NCBI GenBank assembly: GCA_964658305.1
Contig: OZ210885.1
Coordinates: 22,134,001-22,198,000, forward strand
DNA: 64,000 nt
Direction: 5' to 3'
Source of the DNA: Leptogorgia sarmentosa
Lineage: Eukaryota
Below, piece by piece: positions 1 to 11,800 of this stretch. Under the pieces are notes generated by a model, which saw only the letters and a list, made by a program, of their open reading frames with translations, had not been told where the DNA came from and ran no database searches. Within the stretch, counting starts at the first letter, position 1. Every line of letters starts with the position of its first letter. The position numbers and the translations under genes were made by a program.

Positions 1-328
1 ACCCTGATGCCCCACTCGAATCGCTCGTTTTCTTGCCAAATCCGTCATAACTGTAATTCGCAAAATGTACTGCTAATCGATTTGTAATCCTGTCTTAACA
101 CGCGTATGTTTTCTCATTCGACTCGTATTCGATTTGTATTCGTATTTAATCCAGCTACCTGCCCCACGTTGGGCGCCATGTAATAAATAACGACTACTCT
201 CTGATAAAAATGATGTTTATTGCTTCAAGAATTTAACAACAACAACAACTTTACTGGCAAAAATTATGTAATAGCCGCATGCATGCGTCACGTGCGCATC
301 ACATGCTAATAATAAACACTCTATAACA
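1..328 (-). mobile_element. 5' end of a BEL/Pao-type LTR retrotransposon (150-bp 5' LTR 179-328, PBS, gag start); continues left of the window
   Basis: On the minus strand the LTR runs TGTTATAG...ATTACA and is followed immediately by a PBS. An ATG at 48 opens MTDLARKRAIRVGHQG, resembling BEL/Pao gag N-termini. It interrupts the MULE transposase frame at 329. Confidence 0.8.
161..178 (-). promoter_or_regulatory. tRNA-Lys primer binding site
   Basis: Minus strand reads TGGCGCCCAACGTGGGGC, the known Lys1,2 PBS, abutting the LTR-terminal CA. Confidence 0.9.
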
Positions 329-1717
329 GTTCCTAGCATCGTTGCGAGAAATCAACCCATTTGTTCAGAAGATTTCGGAAATTATTGTTTTCCTCACTTT
401 ATCCTCCAATCCGATTTTATTTATCAGATAGCAACGTACGTTCTCTTCCAAATGTCTTGTGCAAAGAACTTGTACAGCGGAAGAAAAACATTGTTTGATG
501 GCCTTTAGGAGCGCAGCTTCTTCGTCGGATCCGATCACAATTTGGGAGATCTGAGTACCACCAATATCCTTTTCAAATTTACTCTGGATATGAGAAAGAA
601 ATCTCTGATATAAACCATCCCAATGTAAATATATTGCCGCTAAAAAAATTGGTGGATTGTTTTTGCCCTTTCTAATTAAATTGTTGTGCTGATACACTAA
701 AGTTGTTGCATAACATGCTCCGAGATTAAAAGTTCTATCGATTCCGAGAACACTTGGATTTCGCGCTGTTGGAGTACAGAACTGCTCGACGTCGCGCAAA
801 TTGTCTTCCAGGTATAATATCACAGAAGGTGGCTTTCCTTTGGTTTGGATTACTTCTTGTATGAAGGGATGGTCGTGCATTACCGAAAGGAGAGTTTGAA
901 TTTCATCTGCAACGTTTTGGCAGTATAGTTTATTGTTGGTTTTTTGTTTTTGTTGTGGTACTTTGCGTTTTGTACTTGTCTTAAATCCCTGGGTGCACAG
1001 TCTGAGCCATTTAGTACCATGTGTTCATAAATTTCTCTCGGTTCCAGTCCCTTGTTCGTTTCAGTCATTTCGTCTAATTTTCTTTTTACTGTGCATGATT
1101 TACGAACATATTCATTAGTTGTCTTTTTGCTGTTGCCATGAGGTTGGGTTTCTTGACAAAAAGTACCGATATATTCTACCACAGCTAGATTTTTCATGGG
1201 TCTCATGTTCTCTGGGCACTGAGTCAGAAACGAAATACGTCGTTTGTATGACGGATCGCGTTTTAAAGGTATATAATACCGCCTAAATACAATAATTTCA
1301 TTAGCTGCAGGTTGAGGCTCGATCGCAACATGCTTGCTTTTAATAAACTTAACATATTCGCCATCTTTTCTATCTACGTAGTCAAGCTTGTTGTGTGATT
1401 TTAAAACATGATGGGTTTTGGTGGATCCATTTCTCGACCAAGCTCCGCAGTCGTCGACGTAACATGCTCGTTTCCCATTGTCCCTACGAGTGAGATTGTT
1501 CTCATTTTCCAGAACGAATGCTACGTTTTCTTTGATACCTCGTGGTATGCTTTTCCCTGATGGTCGATGGGTGTGGATAAGGGCGAGGACTTCTTCTGGA
1601 CTCAGAAATTTGTCTTCTATTGTTAGTTTGATCGCCCCGGGAATTTCGACGGATGATGTGCTCTTCACATTACTGTTTTCCGATGTGAGATTTGGTGATA
1701 CGTTCTGCAGGTCGTGC
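329..1717 (-). pseudogene. MULE (Mutator) DDE transposase, disrupted
   Basis: Motifs PHGN, LGIDRTFNLG, IGSDEEAAL and LCTRH (CxxH). There is a frameshift near 925, a TGA at 365 in place of Gly (IF*TNGL vs IFGSGGL in MULE-2), and truncation by the LTR at 328. Confidence 0.85.
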
Positions 1718-2076
1718 TAGACAATGAAATTAAGGAAAGAAACTTTAATTATAGCATGGTTTTTGTATGCTTTTATTAGGAAAAAAATTGGTAACATGAT
1801 TCGAGCTAGCTGTTTGTATGTATGCTATATCTGTTACCGAGGTGTCTGTTTCATTTTTGTCTTCTCCCAAGTTGTTCCTGTCTTTCTTCTCACTTTTTTC
1901 TGTTGTGACAGAACTCCATGTGAGATTTGGTGATCGTGATACGTTCAGGTCATGCTAGACAATGAAATTAAGGAAAGAAACTTTAATTATAGCATGGTTT
2001 TTGTATGCTTTTATTAGGGCAAACGGGAAAAAAATTGGTAACATGATTCGTGACCAAGTATATGGCTTGCAATCTA

Positions 2077-3126
2077 CAGGGGGTTGCCAAAAAAAAAGAG
2101 CCCCCTTGTCTCACACAGAAATAAATAAGGTTTATACAAGTCATATTCCTTATGTCGTAAAAAAGGGATTGCACGACAAATGAGATGTAGAGAAATAGTC
2201 CTATTTCACTCTAAGAACACAACATTTGGTAAGCAATATGATATCCGCAACCTTTGATGATCTGTGGACTGCACCCAAGGATGTTCTAGACAAGTTTATG
2301 AACGTATTCATGGTTGTTATTCTTCCAACCCTGACTCCTCAAATAACTACTCCTCAATTCGAGATGAACATTTTATATCTAGTCTTCTCTCCTGGCTCCG
2401 GAACAAATTCTCAATGGGATTGGGGTCTGGGCTTTGTGTTAGCAAAAGAACACTTCAATTTTCAATTAAAATTGATTCCTCAGATAATATTCCACAATAC
2501 AAATCGTTCCTGGGAGTCCTTGTCATGCTGCCATTTTAAGTTATCTCCATTGAGTAATCGGACTGAAGATTGTTTGAATTAAATTTTTCGGTTTATTTTT
2601 GGCAGAGGCAGCGTTTTAACCCATGGTGATATTTGGTTACATATATGTGCGCTTCATTAGTGGCTGTACGAGGTCAGCGATATTTGGGCAAACATTCGAG
2701 AGTTGATAATCTCTTAACAGCCTCTCTCATCAAAAGTCTGTCTTCGTGAATCCTTGTCTTGTGCGGTGTTCCAGAACCTGGCATTCATCCAGCACTCTCA
2801 CTTTCCTTCATACGACTTTTTTTGCCCAAGAATAGCTGAGTCTATATTCGTTGCTACTTTCCAAGCACTCGCGTCTAGCACGGAGTGAGTCCAATATTGA
2901 AGGTTTCTACCTATCTTCTTCTTAGCCCTTTCTTCTCATTTGTTTCCTCGATGGCAACAGTTTCACACTGATTACAGTGAGATTGGCTAAAACCCATCAC
3001 TTTTAGCACGAACTATTTGTTGAATGCTTGTGAGGCAATATATTTTATCCATACCGCATGTGCGTCTACATTTACACAAAAAGCCCTTTTTAAATAGGGG
3101 GGCTCTTTTTTTTTGGCAACCCCCTG
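2077..3126 (-). mobile_element. Degenerate Tc1/mariner element (~1.05 kb)
   Basis: TIRs CAGGGGGTTGCCAAAAAAAAAGAGCCCCC at both ends are flanked by TA. Minus-strand remnants KWQHDKDS and QSPDPNPIENL match the Tc1 motifs QQDND and SPDLNPIENLW. Confidence 0.85.
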
Positions 3127-3181
3127 TATATCTATTATTTCTATAGTGAATATTATACATATATAACGTATATTCAGTTTA

Positions 3182-3454
3182 CCTTCTTTTTAGGAGTTGA
3201 CGTTTTGATATCATCGTTTTTTTCCACACTTTCTGTCATATCTATTACTTCTGGTGGTTCTGTGAGTAATAGCGGAACGAAATGATTAGGGAGCCATGTG
3301 ACGTCGGTTCTTGGTCGTGAAACACTGGACCACATAAGAATGATAGATGGCCTAAGCGAGCGAACTTTGTTTGGGTGAAATGGTCTATGCAGAATAGAAA
3401 CAGTTTTATCTAGCAATCCGTTGACTGGTGGATATATCGATAAAATCTTCGTCC
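3182..3454 (-). pseudogene. C-terminal half of a vertnin-like OTU cysteine-protease domain (exon of the MULE-1 gene)
   Basis: Reads TKILSIYPPVNG...IILMWS...WLPNHFVPLL (His box), with a GT donor near 3181. It continues the frame broken at 18562. Confidence 0.75.
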
Positions 3455-3884
3455 TGCGGTCCTTTGGACGTCAGCAAAACGCACATGAACCAGGAAACGA
3501 ATCAAATATAAATCAATATATTCAACGTGGTTTCTAAACAATAATTTACAAACATAGATATTTACCTACACAAACACGATTACAAACAATGAAACAACAC
3601 AAGACAAATACCTGACTGTTAGTCCTTCCGGCTACCACACACTACAACCTTAATTTATTAACTTGAATACCCAATAAGTTCGAACAAACCCAACAAGAAG
3701 AAAACAAACATGTGTTCACCCTATACCCAATCGCGAGTTTTTTGTCCAGCCCTAAAGGCGGGTCTAGATCCTACACACCGGCCCCTATCGCAGTAACCTA
3801 CTCGATACTAAACAATGGGATCTAGACCGTTAACTACATAACAACATACATGTCCGAGAACGTTCAAACGTCTCACACCAATGT

Positions 3885-6800
3885 CTAACATTCCTTTCCT
3901 TCATCCACTCCTTCCAGCAAACACAGTTGTCGGACATCTCTTTTGAATTTTCCTCTGGTTGTTCTGACCGTAACGTGCCGGACGATCCCCTTTTCATCAG
4001 GATAAACTTCCTCAACAACCGCCATGGGCCATCTCCCGCGTTGACAGTCCTTGTCCACTAACAACACAAGATCCCTCACTGCTAAGTTTCTTTTCAGTTC
4101 GAGCCACTTTTGGCGTCGTTGTAAAGTAGGGAGATATTCCTTCAGCCAACGTTTCCAGAAAGTGTTCGCGAGGAGTTGGGCTTGATGCCAACGTCTGTTG
4201 TAGCGGTCTCTGTCAACAAATATACCTGGTGGTACGCACGAATTGGAATGCGGAAGAAGTAGCTTACTTGGAGTTAATGAATCCAAGTCGTCTGGTTGAC
4301 TTTCGTTCCGAAGAAGGGGTCGATCATTCAAAATTCTTTCGACCTCAATGAGGAAGGTTTGGAATGCTTCGTCATCGACCACTTGCTCATTCATCACTGC
4401 CGCGAGTACCCGACGAATCGAGCGTATCATTCGTTCCCAGACTCCACCACTATGGCTGGCCAAAGGCGGATTGAAGTGCCACGCTACTTCTTTCGCTCGC
4501 AAACTATGCTGAATCTTCAACTGTGCTTCGTCACACTTGATTCTCTCGAACTCTTCTTTTAAGATCCTGTTGCCTGCCACAAAGTTCGATCCGTTGTCGC
4601 TGTAAATAGCATTTGGAAGACCTCGTCGAGCACTGAAACCGCTGAAGGCGCAGAGAAAGGATTCGACGTCGAGCATATGAGCAACTTTCATGTGGATGGC
4701 TCGCATGGCTAAGCAGGTGAAGACGCAACCGTATCTTTTGACTAGGCATCTTCCTCTTTTTACCAGGAACGGACCGAAGTAATCGACGCCTGTCGAAGCA
4801 AACGGGCGTTCAAACGCTGTTACACGAGGCACTGGTAGCGACGCCATAACTTGCTTGCAAGGGGGTGCATACTTCTTGCGACAAAGTTTGCATTGACCGA
4901 TTATGTAACGGATTCTGGAGCGTCCTTGAAGAATCCACAGGTCTTGTTGAATAGCAGCGAGAACGGCTCGGGTTCCAGCATGTCCTTCTCGTTCGTGGTA
5001 ATGTCGAATCAAAGGACCAACGATGTGGTGTTTACTTGGGATTACTGTTGGATGTTTGGCATCGAAGGATATTTCGGCTCTTTCCAATCTACCGCCAACT
5101 CTCAGTAAACCGTCGTCTCCCATGAAAGGTGATAAGGCGGCTAACTTGCTCGATTTTTTCACAATAGCCTTGGAGGGAAGGTCATGGCTCGATCTACGTT
5201 TGAGACATGCTACCTCTTCGGGAAAGGATTCGCGTTGCACGTAACGGATAATGACCGTCTTCGCGTTTTGCAGCTCTACGACCGATAAAGAGTTCGCTCC
5301 GGCCCCTGTAGACTTGTCGGGACTGGACATCCTTGGGTTTCGGGCCTCGAGACTGTCGTGATTTCGTGCTTGACGAACAGTTCTTAAATAGTGAATGAAT
5401 CGAATGAGCCATGCGACTCCCTTCTGGAGACGATACCATGATGAGTAATGCTGTATGAAGACATCGAACGGTTTAACTTGCTGTGCTTGCGTCTCGTACA
5501 CTTTGACGTCCTTTTTCCATTCAAGAGCTTCGTCAGGAAGTGTGCTTATTTCTGTTGGACGGGTTGGCCACGCCCCTGCTTTACCTCGAAGAAAATCCGG
5601 TCCGTTGATCCATTGTTTAATTTCACGTGCATCGGTAGGTTGTAGGCCTCGGGAAGCGTAATCGGCTGGATTAGCCTTGGAATCAACGTATCTCCAACTT
5701 GATGGGCTTGAGAGGTCGTGGATAAGAGCGATTCTGTTGGCCACAAACGTCTTGAAGCGGCTAGACTCATTGTTGAGGTATTGTAAAACGCACGTAGAAT
5801 CCGTCCAGAACGTCACTGAATCAACCTCTAGTTCCAACTCCTGGTTGATTTGGCAGTGTTGTTTAACTGCTACCGTCGCCGCAGTGAGTTCCAACCTTGG
5901 AATGATAGTTGGCTTTATCGGCGATACTCGCGATTTGGCCATCACCAAAGCACAATGAACTTCGCCGTCCACGTCCTCGAAACGCAAGTATGATACGACG
6001 CCGTAACCATCAAAGGATGCGTCGCAAAAATGATGTAGCTGAACACTCGTCAACTGTCCCAATTTCCAGGACTTGAAATACCTAGGGACACTAATATTCC
6101 GTAAACAGGGTAAGTCGTTCAACCATCTTTCCCACGCTTGCAACATACTCGGTGAAATGTCCTCGTCCCATCCAATCTTGTCTTTACACAACTGTTGTAG
6201 TATACGCTTAGCCGGTAGGATAAAGGGTGCCGCGAACCCCAACGGATCGTACATGGAGCTCACATCCGATAAAATACCTCGACGTGTTGGTGCTTTCTTT
6301 CTCTCGGTCGTTCGGAAATTGAAGGCATCTTCTCTTACATTCCACTCTACCCCGAGCGCTCTTTCCACTGGTAATTCGTCGAAGTCTAGGCTGACAATGG
6401 ATTTCGCACGTTCGCTTTCAGGAATCGAAGACAAAACTTCTACATCATTGCATACAAACTTCGTTAATCGGAACGATCGCTGCGCCAAAAGCCGACGAAG
6501 TTTACAGCTTGCAGCGACTGACAATTCTTTGACTGAAAGTGCATTTGGAATTTCTAAACAATCTTTCTGTCCCAGGCCTTGCACATAGAAGGAATGAGAT
6601 CTGCCAGATTCTTGGGAGACTCCGTTCATAGTAGTCAACTGAAAATCTATCGGCTGCCTCTTCAATTTTAGCTCGTTAGCTAGGCTCTCCTCTACTAGCG
6701 TTGTATTCGATCCTTCGTCTTGTATTGCATATGTAACCTTTTCGATACCATTGCCTCTTCCAAACACTTTAAACAGGAACGATTCTCAAGCAAACTTGTT

Positions 6801-7240
6801 TCTTTACAGTACCAGTTGCTCCACAGTGTCCTGTCTGAGCATTCTGGAATTGGGCGGGCGAAGAACTGGTTGTCTGTCCTTGGATTTTCTCGTTGTCTGT
6901 CTTGGCCGGAGCTTCGACTTTGTTGTCCCGATTAAGTTCAACGGGATGAAGCATAGGATGGTGTTGTTTTCCACATCCAGGAATGAAGCATCCATGATTT
7001 TTCTTACATCTCTTGGCAAAATGTCCCTTATAAAGGCAAAGATTACACAGTCCTTGCTTGGAGACAAAGGCTTTCCGTTCATCATATGATTTCCCTTGGA
7101 ACTTGAAACATCTTTCGACAGTGTGACCTTCCTTATCACAAAAGTAGCATTTCAGTTTTGCAGACGATCTCACTCCGGGTGAATACCTGGTATGCGCGGA
7201 ATCTTGTTCTTTAACAGATCCGGTCGATGCAAACGATGAC
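3885..7240 (-). pseudogene. BEL/Pao gag-pol remnant (3 Zn knuckles, protease, RNase H, integrase, DUF5641-like tail); RT core deleted
   Basis: Knuckles CYFC..GH..C, CNLC..GH..C and CFIPGC..HH. Protease DEGS, RNase H QLHHFCDAS, integrase GVDYFGP/SDNG/WERMI. A 1-nt frameshift at ~6770 and no YxDD motif. Confidence 0.92.
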
Positions 7241-7570
7241 ACAGCATCACACTGAATCACAATGAATCACACAGCATCACACTGAATCACAATGAATCAC
7301 AATGCATCACACTGAATCACACTGAATCACAATGAATCACAATGAATCACAATGAATCACACAGCATCACAATGAATCACACAGCATCACAATGAATCAC
7401 ACAGCATCACACCGTATCACACAGCATCACACAGCATCGCACCGTATCACACAGCATCACACAGCATCACACAGCATCACACAGCATCAAACAGCATCAC
7501 ACAGCATCACACCACATCACACAGTATTGTACAGTATTATACAGTATCATCACACACAGCATCACGCTGA
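7238..7570. repeat. 10-bp minisatellite (CACAGCATCA / CACTGAATCA / CAATGAATCA)
   Basis: About 30 directly visible tandem units. Confidence 0.95.
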
Positions 7571-8802
7571 ATGATTCGTGAGTCATGATTCGAACAACCC
7601 TAAGCGATCTGTTCTAATATTTTTTTATTGTTCTTGTAGGTTTACATAAGCATTGGAAAAGGAACTGAACCATATACATAAGAACGGCATTTCAGGTGGA
7701 TCGTAATTTCCCAACACTGTTAAAATGTTAATGTTAATTCCTGGTTATAAAAATGATTCGAAGTCGCTTTCCTTAATTAATGTGTCTTTATAGTCTAATT
7801 TCCAGACATGCGGTAGAGGAAGAGTAAAATTCCCAAGAAACAAGGGCCCACGGGGGTTGATCGTATCTTTGAGTTTTATTAATAAACACAAAATGTAAGC
7901 ACTAAATTAGAGACGCCTTTCATATCAGCAATCAGGCAGATTTAGAAAACAAGACGCGGGTCACGCGACGTGTGAGACGAGTTGAAAATGACGATGCCAG
8001 CTCGCAATATATACTTCTGGTTTTTGACCTGGGACTATGGTATTTTTCGATGCAAATTTTGTTTTTATATCTCCTGATGTTAACGAGCAGTTTTACATAC
8101 CGAAATTATTATTACCACGTTATCTTACAAGTCGTCTTAGACGCTGTGTCGTGTTTTCTAAATCTGCCTTTTGATACACTCATAACATAACTATTATGTC
8201 ACAACTTTGATACAAAAAAAATAAACTTAATCCCTGTGTGGCAACTAATGCATTACCCCGAAAATAAAATAAAATAAAACAAGCATTGTATTGACGTCTC
8301 ATGATTTTGTTCGGTGTAGGCTACCTGGCCTGAAATCCTTTCTAGTATTCAACGTAATGAATACCATTTTAAACCATCTAAAATCTGTTGTCTAGCCTTT
8401 ACCTTTCACTATCTATGAATCCCTAGACCCTACCTAGTTACGAGAGGTGATTACTGTCAAAATGCCATTTCCTGTTTCTGTTATGGAAAACCTAAACTCT
8501 GTTAGTGAAAATGGTACACAAAAAGCACTGAATCGAGTAAAAAAAAGCAGAAAATGGTATTAACAACAGCACAATAAAGATTTCGGTTTAATAATAGATT
8601 ACAATGGACTCAAGTTTTTGGAACACTTGAATTTTGCATGAATTTTTTTGGAACACTTGAATTTTGCATGATTTCTTGTTTATGCCACCTTAATAGAAAG
8701 TTAATGTTTAATCGTCTGTTAATTTAACTAAAAACAAAAAAGACGCGGGAATAACAAAAAGTGGCGCCATTTGATGTACGTTCTCGAACAGCAAGCAACA
8801 AT

Positions 8803-11800
8803 CATGCCTGCATCGGATAATGTCTTCGTTGTGAACGAGAATAATATGGGAATATCTGTCAAAGACAAAACTGGCTTAGATAAATTCATTGAGAAGACAA
8901 CCTTTTCGATGAGCTTATTAAAGCATGTCGATTCGGGCGACGAAAGCGGTTTTTTGTGCAATGTGTACTGCTCATTGAGGGAGGAACGGAGGTGAGTTCA
9001 CGCTTTGGTTAGCTCGTTTTGTTTTTGTCTATCATTCGCCGCCACTTCTAGTGCTATAATCTATATGTTGTTTATTACAATATGTTTATTTCTACATGTA
9101 AAATCCCCAGCAAATTTCGATTATAAAGTGAAATATATTGGAGCAGGTATGGCGGTTCTGTGTATTTACATAAACGTCCTGCTTGGCGGAATGCAAATGC
9201 GGGCTTTCCCCTGAGTATTAAAATAAAGTTAACCATAGCCTGAGACAGACGAATAATTAACAATTATACTAAGTTAACCACGGTAATGCAAATTGCATAC
9301 AACCCTTATTTCGAGGTTATATAATACTCGATTATGGCTCACGGTTGCTAACGGCACATTAGGAAAAATTAGGCGGGAATAATAAAAAGTGGCGAGGTTT
9401 ACACCTTTACATAATTATTTTTACTTTTCACTCACATATACTGCCATACATGGAGGGAATGTATGTCGAACACAGTAACATCGCATTTTAACTGCAGTAA
9501 TGATTTTAAAATATAACTTGGTCAAACCATGGGCATAGTATCAGGATATCCATTATATGAAATGTGATCCTATTCAGAAGCTTCTTTCTTATGACGGTTT
9601 TGATTTATTTTAGATTGTGCTACTTTAGAACGAATAAGGCACTATCTGGTGGAGTCACACCATTTTTAGAAGATCTCAACAAGACGTTTGGATCAGGTGT
9701 GCTCACCTGTGACTTTGAAACTCAGGAGCTGAAATGCTTCTTGAAATGGTTAATTAAAAACTATTTCAGGTAAATTGACAACCATCGCTGCCCTGTTATA
9801 ACTATTTAACAATTTCACGTTTGCGGATAAAAATCATTTCACGAAAATTAAGTGCATGGGGCGGCGGGGACCGGGAGGTCGTCGACACTTGTCCAAACAT
9901 TTCAATTCACATACAGTTAGCTTTGCAAATGATGTGTTTATAATTTTCAGAAAATATCGCATAAATGGTGAACAGGACACCTACAAGGCTACTCGATGTG
10001 TGGGCAAACAACCTGAAAGTGATTTTTGGATCTTCGGGCCAAAATTGCAATTGAACGGGGATGGGGAAATTGTAAACGAAGAGGTGACATCGACGATTTG
10101 GGTCCAAACGATTTTTGATGCAGATGAGCATGGACTTGGCAATGGTCGGAAAAGAAAGTCGGTCCGATACATGCCCAGTATCAAACTTCCCTTAAACTCA
10201 CTTGCACTTGTGAAGTTAAACTCACGTGAAATTGTGAAGTTATTGCTCAATGTAATCCATAACAATGGTACAGCAGGTGTTTTCACTATTGGTAAGTTTG
10301 GTATTATTTTAAACCCTTCGTTTATATGCATGCGCGGGTTTTGCATGGCTAGCGTCATTTATTGAAACTATATTATTATAGCAAAAAATCAATAACAAAC
10401 AGTTCAAACCCTACTGTTTCATGGAAATAAATCCTGAAACCCTGTTTCATGGAAATAAATTAAGAAAAATATTTCCACCGGAACATTTGTACGATTACCA
10501 ACATGTGCACTATTGTTATAAAAGGCTTTGTCTTCTAAAATGATTCCTTTAATTGCAGCTAGTTTATTGCTTGGTTTACACTATGAAAGTATAATTGACA
10601 TCCTGGGATTCTGCCCTCTGCCTGTTGTATGTGGTGCTAATGGTCTTGGAAAAACAAAAGCGTCTACCGCTGCACTCAGTTTGATTGGGAACACTGCAAA
10701 CTTTTATTCGAGTGTGAAGCAGAGATTCATCCCAAGACTATGCAGTAGGTCGTCTTTACCGCCGGTCATCGATGACGTTAAAATGCCAAATATTCTCGAA
10801 GATGTTGCAATGTCATTTTATAATAATGGAAAGGATGGAACATGCCTTCAGGAAACAGAGCCCAGAACCTGTCCTTTACTCACCGTCAACTATAAGACGC
10901 TGGATTGGTTTAGTAAAGATCCGAGGTATTTAAACAATTACCATCAATTAAATATCTGAATAATATTGACTAACAAACTTGTGTGCAATTGTTTACAGAA
11001 TACTTGGACGTTTGGTTTTGGTGGTATTTGTTCAGGGAGAGAGTAACCCCAATGGCATTGCAGAACAACAAGCAGCGGAAAATCGTCTTACTGACGCATT
11101 TGAAATAGCGTCAGCTGCAACCGGGACGATGGTTAGTTTTGGTAGGTTTGTGCCATACCTATGCCAAACCAGAAATAAACAACTATGCATGGAAATGTCT
11201 AGAGAATTTCCTGAGATGGACGACAGATGCCGGAAAAATTACGCATTGCTGATAAGTTTTGCGGAAAAGGTAAGTATATTATATGCCATCATATCATGTG
11301 TATATCAATCGTAAGTTTTTCCGATAAAATAAGCCGGTTGGCAATGTCTTTAAGTTTATTATTTTTAGTATAACATCAAAGTCAACATTTCGTAGAGCAT
11401 TTTCGTTTAAGGAAGTTGGGTTTTCACATGCAGGGAACACTTTCAGAAAGGTTAACGAACACAATTACTTCAACGTCCTCATTATAAAGATTGCCTTTTT
11501 TCAAATGTAACAGAGACTGTCTTTTTCAAACTCATGGCAACTTTGAAACTAAGTCAAAATTTGGTAAGGGGAAAATTTTGGTCAAAATCATTTATCGGCT
11601 GGATTCTTTTTGTATCCAGGTGATTGAAATGGCTGATATAGAGGATCTTCAACCAAGCGATGCTTATTCGTATATTTCAAGGAAACGATATTCCCGTACG
11701 GGGTGAGTCGCTATCAGCTGAGACAGAACAACGATCCGTGTGCGTCCTCTAGTTGTTCATCGGGAACATTCCAAGAACCAATGGCAATAAATGTACTAAT

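Noticed and set aside
876..884. Overlapping stop/start (TAATG) suggesting translational coupling of two ORFs
   Set aside because: Homology to MULE-2/3 continues upstream of the ATG in the second frame (NVADEIQTLL), so this is a frameshift mutation in one gene.
7238..7570. CRISPR-like array or His/Thr-rich ORF
   Set aside because: Contiguous 10-bp units with no unique spacers and no cas genes; the ORF is a repeat artefact.
8605..8670. Short direct duplications (also ~10413-10460 and ~17770-17875)
   Set aside because: Ordinary slippage-type duplications with no further structure.
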